From assembly GCA_052034805.1 (NCBI GenBank), contig JBPOID010000005.1:119985-183984 (forward strand): a stretch of 64,000 nucleotides of DNA. Direction: 5' to 3'. Every line of letters begins with the position of its first letter. Positions within the stretch are counted from its first letter, which is position 1. The position numbers and the translations under genes are program-made. Shown here piece by piece: positions 59,684-64,000 of the stretch. Origin of the DNA: Candidatus Tayloriibacteriota bacterium (GTDB taxonomy: Bacteria > Patescibacteriota > Minisyncoccia > Phycocordibacterales > PALSA-1337). The notes beneath the pieces were generated by a model. It saw nothing but the letters and a program-made list of their open reading frames with translations. It was not told the DNA's origin and did no database searches.

Positions 59684-60392
59684 TTCTCTCCCCTTTATTG
59701 TTAAGTTCAGTAACGAGACATAATCCGCATGGCTTTATACCAGCAAGTCGATTATTTCTCATATTCTGAACTCAACAATACAAGTTTCAATGTACTATTA
59801 CTTTTATATACAATCATAACTAACCTACATTGTCAATAGTGCATTAAACACACTCAATCTATAATCAAAACATCACACCCCCCTACTTCTTTCCTCCTTT
59901 ATCTCCCTTCTTTTCACCAGACTTTAGATGTGGACCATGGAAAAGAAACCAGAAAACTACAGCCAAAATAATTAATCCTAGATTATCCATATTTCTATAT
60001 TATATATTATTGTAATAAATAATAATATATAAAAAGATAATTCCAAACCATACAAATAATGCCGAATATATTAAATGTATAAACTCAGATACATATAACA
60101 TTATTTAATTTACAAAAGTAAAAATAGGAGTACAATTACGCCATGAGCTCTTTGGTTTTGGGAGTAACCATTTGGCTAGGTTTCGGCATATTTTTTACGC
60201 TTTCTTTATGCAAAGCGTCTAGTATGTCTAAGCCGAAAGTATCGAGTAATAACAATAGAGAAAAGAAGGGGGAAAGAGATACGAGTCTCGCTATATGATT
60301 AAAAAGACTTAAATGAGCTGGCAATGAAAATGTCAGCTCATCATTTTTATAATAATAGTATTTATATTTAAAAATATTATAATTAAAGATAA

Positions 60393-61472
60393 ATGAAAGA
60401 AACTAATTGGAAATTCTATACATCCAATACAGAAACATGGGAAGCCATGCTAAATGCCTGTAAAGAAGCGAAAGAAAGTATAGATTTGGAACAATACATA
60501 TTTGTCGCTGATGAAATAGGTAATAAATTTATAGAAATATGCAAAGAAAAAGCCAAATCTGGTGTAAAGGTTCGTCTTCTATGGGATGCTGCTGGAAGCT
60601 TTAGCTTTTTTGGTTCTTCTCTTGCAGAAGATATAAGAAAAAGTGGTGTAGAAATAACATTTTTCAAAACATTATTTCCAGGTATAACTTCTATGCCGAA
60701 CTATAGATCTTGGTATTTCAGAAATCATAGAAGAAGTTTGATTATTGATAATAAAATAGCATTTACAGGTAGTGCTTGTATATACAATAAAACAAAAAAC
60801 TGGAGAGATACAACAGTTAGAATAGAAGGTCCTGTCATAAATGATATGAAAAAGGCTTGGAATAATATGTGGGATAGAGCTCATGGCAAGAAAATAAAGA
60901 AAACTCATTATAGTGAAAGAAGTGATCATGAATTCGAATATATTACCAATGCTCCAATGCCTAGGAATCATCATCTTTATCATCACATCATAGAAGCCAT
61001 AAGAAATTCTAGTAAATATATTTATATTACTACTCCCTATTTTGTACCGACACATAGATTATCTAGAGTTTTGCGTTTAGCAGCTCATCGTGGTGTAGAT
61101 GTGAAAATAATTATTCCAGAAAGATCTGATTATCCTATAGTAGATCTAGGTGCAAGAACTTTTTTCTATAATTTATTGAAAAGTGGTGTAAAAATTTATC
61201 TATATAAAGAAGGGGTTATACATAATAAAACAATAGTTATAGATGGAGTATGGTCAAGTATAGGTACACTGAATATGGATAATGTAAGTCTTTTATATAA
61301 TTTTGAAGCAAATATAGTTACATCCAATAGCAAATTTGCCGAAGAATTAGCATCTCATTTTGTACATGATATGTATAATTCAAAAGAAATAACATTCGCG
61401 GATTGGAATAATAGATATTTCGTAGAGAAAATAGCCAGTTTCTTTGTAAAATTCTTTAGAAGTTTCCTATAA
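60393..61472 (+). CDS. cls: cardiolipin synthase-like phospholipase D family protein (two HKD-type motifs)
   Basis: Motif 1 is HRRSLIIDNKIAFTGSACIYN, an H-x-R variant. Motif 2 is HNKTIVIDGVWSSIGTLNMDNVS, the canonical HxK(x)4D(x)6G(S/T)xN. Confidence 0.7.
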   Translation: MKETNWKFYTSNTETWEAMLNACKEAKESIDLEQYIFVADEIGNKFIEICKEKAKSGVKVRLLWDAAGSFSFFGSSLAEDIRKSGVEITFFKTLFPGITSMPNYRSWYFRNHRRSLIIDNKIAFTGSACIYNKTKNWRDTTVRIEGPVINDMKKAWNNMWDRAHGKKIKKTHYSERSDHEFEYITNAPMPRNHHLYHHIIEAIRNSSKYIYITTPYFVPTHRLSRVLRLAAHRGVDVKIIIPERSDYPIVDLGARTFFYNLLKSGVKIYLYKEGVIHNKTIVIDGVWSSIGTLNMDNVSLLYNFEANIVTSNSKFAEELASHFVHDMYNSKEITFADWNNRYFVEKIASFFVKFFRSFL

Positions 61473-61531
61473 TTCAATACAATTGCCAATTAAAGACAAA
61501 TATGCTATAAATAAGGTCTAAAAATACTACA

Positions 61532-62044
61532 TTGAGTACAGTAAGAATACGTATAAATAACTTCATAAAAGCGCCAGAATTGCGCGTTATAACAACTGAT
61601 GGAGAAAACCTAGGGGTTATTAGTCTTGCCAAGGCTTTAGAAGAGGCTCGCGCTCGTGGACTTGATCTTATCGAAATATCACCAAATGCCATGCCACCAG
61701 TTGCAAAAATCATGGATTATGGTAAATTTCAATATGAAGAAAAGAAGAAGCAAAAGGTTGCAAAAGCACGTACTCATACCTCGGATGTAAAGAATATTCA
61801 GGTAAAAATAGGTACAGGTGAACACGATCTTGAATTAAAGGCTAAAAAAGCCTCAGAATGGCTAGGCCAAGGACATAGAGTGAAAATAGACCTATTTCTA
61901 ATAGGTAGATCCAAATATATGGACATGAACTTCCTCAAGGAACGCATGGACCGTATATTAAAGCTCATAACCGTTGATTACAAGATAGCTAGTGCTCCAG
62001 CTAAAAGTCTAAAAGGACTAACAGCAATAATAGAAAAGAAGTAA
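61532..62044 (+). CDS. infC: translation initiation factor IF-3
   Basis: The sequence PELRVITTDGENLGVISLAKALEEARARGLDLIEISPNAMPPVAKIMDYGKFQYE matches IF-3. It lies in a conserved operon with rpmI and rplT. Confidence 0.85.
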   Translation: MSTVRIRINNFIKAPELRVITTDGENLGVISLAKALEEARARGLDLIEISPNAMPPVAKIMDYGKFQYEEKKKQKVAKARTHTSDVKNIQVKIGTGEHDLELKAKKASEWLGQGHRVKIDLFLIGRSKYMDMNFLKERMDRILKLITVDYKIASAPAKSLKGLTAIIEKK

Positions 62045-62060
62045 AGAAAAGAATAATAAC

Positions 62061-62255
62061 ATGATTAAAACAAATAAGTCATACGCAAAAAGATTAAAAG
62101 TTACAAAGAATGGAAAGATTCTGGCTCGTAGAACTGGTCAAAATCACTTTAATTCAAAAGAATCTCGTAGAAATCAATTGAGAAAGAAAAATTCTCTAGC
62201 ACCTTTTCATATGACTGCAAAGGAAAAGAGTAGATTTTTGGTCAATATTAAATAA
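62061..62255 (+). CDS. rpmI: 50S ribosomal protein L35
   Basis: It is a 64-aa basic protein. The sequence KTNKSYAKRLKVTKNGKILARR is L35-like. Confidence 0.8.
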   Translation: MIKTNKSYAKRLKVTKNGKILARRTGQNHFNSKESRRNQLRKKNSLAPFHMTAKEKSRFLVNIK

Positions 62256-62275
62256 TATAAAATAACAGAAATACC

Positions 62276-62626
62276 ATGTCACGTGTTAAAAAAGGAGTAA
62301 ATGCTCTAAAAACAAGAAGAAATATATTAAAGCAAGTAAAAGGATATCGTTTCCGTAGAAGCAAAACAGAAAGAGCTGCTTATGAAGCTATTTCACATGC
62401 TGGAAACTATGCTTTCGCACACAGAAGAGACAAGAAAGGTGATTATAGAAGACTATGGAATGTGAGAATAAATGCAGCATTAAGAGCTATCAACAAAGAC
62501 AATTCATATAGCAAATTCATAGGAGCATTAAAGAAAGCAAATATAGTTATAGATAGAAAATCTCTTGCAACTCTAGCAAGTGAAAATCCAAAATCTTTCG
62601 AAGCAATAGTTAAGAAAGTTGCCTAA
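62276..62626 (+). CDS. rplT: 50S ribosomal protein L20
   Basis: The sequence MSRVKKGVNALKTRRNILKQVKGYRFRRSKTERAAYEA is typical of L20. Confidence 0.9.
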   Translation: MSRVKKGVNALKTRRNILKQVKGYRFRRSKTERAAYEAISHAGNYAFAHRRDKKGDYRRLWNVRINAALRAINKDNSYSKFIGALKKANIVIDRKSLATLASENPKSFEAIVKKVA

Positions 62627-63993
62627 ATCAATTCATACCCTACCCCTCTTTCAGGTACGGTTGCATTTACCCCTATTTCATCACGCAATCTCTGCGCGAG
62701 GAATGTAGATGCTTTCGGTTCACCCATAACAACGAAAACTCTTTTCAAAGATTCTTTTGTTTGATCTACGAATTCTACTAGATGATCACTGTCTTTATGT
62801 GATGAATATCCGAATATTGTTTCTATTTTTGCTTTAACTTTGACTTTATTTTGAGAAATATTCACTGTCTTTGCCCCATCGATAAGATGTCTACCTAGAG
62901 TTCCGATGGATTGATAACCAACTAGAAGTATAGTGCTTTTTGGATCTTCCAGATATCTCTCTTCATGATGAATAACTCTACCACCTACAGACATTCCGGA
63001 ACCTGCTATTATTATTTTTGGTAATTTTGAATGATCTATTTCTCTAGACATCTGGCTACTAGCAGTGAAAAGTAATCTAGGGAAATTGAATATATCATCC
63101 CCTCCCTGTATTTCAGCTTGGGCCTTATCATTAAAAAGATTTGTACTGGCTTTGTATATCTCAGTAATACGAGTAGCCAAAGGTGAATCTATATAAACAG
63201 GTACAGAAGTAATTTCTTTTGATTCTATTAATTTATTTAATTCATAGATTATCACCTGAGTACGTTCCATAGAAAAAGAAGGTATAACTACAGTACCGCC
63301 CCGCGCGATGGTCTCATTTATGATTTGTTTTAATCTAGCTACTCTTTCGTCTTTTGGTTCATGATTCCTATTTCCATAAACGCTTTCCATTATCATATAA
63401 TCAACGCCTTCTGGATTTTCTGTATTCTTTAGAAGTGGTGTAGGACTATTACCTAGATCACCTGTAAATAATACTTTCTTCATTTCGCCACTTTCATCTT
63501 TCCAAGAAAATTCAATCATAGAAGAACCCAATATATGTCCAGCATCTTTGAGATATACAGAAAATCCATCGAAATCTGTTTGTGTATGATATGGTATCGT
63601 CTTCCATAAAGATATAGCATTTCGCAAATCTATTTCTTCATACATCGGTAGAATACCTTCGTCTCTTGCTTCTTTTTCCAATATACCTAGAGCATCTTCG
63701 AGAATAAGTTCTGCCAGAGACAATGTTTCTCCTGTAGAGTATATAACTCCCTTGAAACCTTGTTTTACAAGTTTCGGTATACGACCGACATGGTCTAGAT
63801 GCGCATGAGTTATAAATAATATATCAATAGAAGATGGCTCATAACCGAATTCATCTCTATTCTCTCTCATTGCGAATTTTTCTCCTTGTATAAGTCCACA
63901 ATCAACAAGTATTCTCTTCCCTGCTATTTCTAAAAGGAAATTTGCACCAGTAACTGTTCCGACACCACTATAAAATGTAACTTTTGTATTCAT
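62623..63993 (-). CDS. metallo-beta-lactamase fold beta-CASP ribonuclease-like protein
   Basis: It has the MBL motifs (LVDCG; HAHLDHVGRIPKL) followed by a beta-CASP-like region. The size is ~456 aa. Confidence 0.55.
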   Translation of the reverse strand: MNTKVTFYSGVGTVTGANFLLEIAGKRILVDCGLIQGEKFAMRENRDEFGYEPSSIDILFITHAHLDHVGRIPKLVKQGFKGVIYSTGETLSLAELILEDALGILEKEARDEGILPMYEEIDLRNAISLWKTIPYHTQTDFDGFSVYLKDAGHILGSSMIEFSWKDESGEMKKVLFTGDLGNSPTPLLKNTENPEGVDYMIMESVYGNRNHEPKDERVARLKQIINETIARGGTVVIPSFSMERTQVIIYELNKLIESKEITSVPVYIDSPLATRITEIYKASTNLFNDKAQAEIQGGDDIFNFPRLLFTASSQMSREIDHSKLPKIIIAGSGMSVGGRVIHHEERYLEDPKSTILLVGYQSIGTLGRHLIDGAKTVNISQNKVKVKAKIETIFGYSSHKDSDHLVEFVDQTKESLKRVFVVMGEPKASTFLAQRLRDEIGVNATVPERGVGYELI

Positions 63994-64000
63994 TTATTTT

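Noticed and set aside
59900-60010. A 34-aa minus-strand micro-ORF MDNLGLIILAVVFWFLFHGPHLKSGEKKGDKGGKK.
   Set aside because: It is too short and has no motif. It could be a small membrane peptide but is unsupported.
60136-60324. A 62-aa minus-strand ORF and, alternatively, a 51-aa plus-strand small TM ORF (60142-60297) upstream of cls.
   Set aside because: The two frames are mutually exclusive and neither has family support. Strand and coding status are unresolved.

Overview
This window is an AT-rich bacterial chromosomal segment of roughly 30% GC. Its gene content fits a small-genome, Patescibacteria/CPR-like organism. The housekeeping genes are lepA, murJ, class I ribonucleotide reductase nrdAB, rsmI, ligA, gatC, recG, ftsH, the smpB-ssrA pair, and the infC-rpmI-rplT operon. 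There is a complete type IV pilus/competence cluster (pilM-N-O, pilB, a receiver-domain protein, pilT, pilC, three pilins, pilD, four minor pilins) and a divergently transcribed comF. A peptidoglycan-precursor cluster holds mraY, an ATE/Bpt-like aminoacyl-tRNA transferase homolog, an Mpl/MurC-like ligase, and a MurD-like ligase. Several RNA genes are missed by the ORF track: seven tRNAs, RNase P RNA (rnpB), and tmRNA (ssrA). The most unusual items are these. Two paralogous structured non-coding elements, with conserved ends and compensatory internal base changes, lie next to gatC/tRNA-Ile and to smpB/ssrA. A hairpin repeat follows Ser-type tRNAs, accompanied by fossil tRNA-end duplications. 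A class II tRNA carries an apparent ACU anticodon. A membrane protein has a C-terminal pilin globular domain but no prepilin helix. A GC-rich islet sits downstream of ssrA. No CRISPR array, integrase or transposase was recognised.
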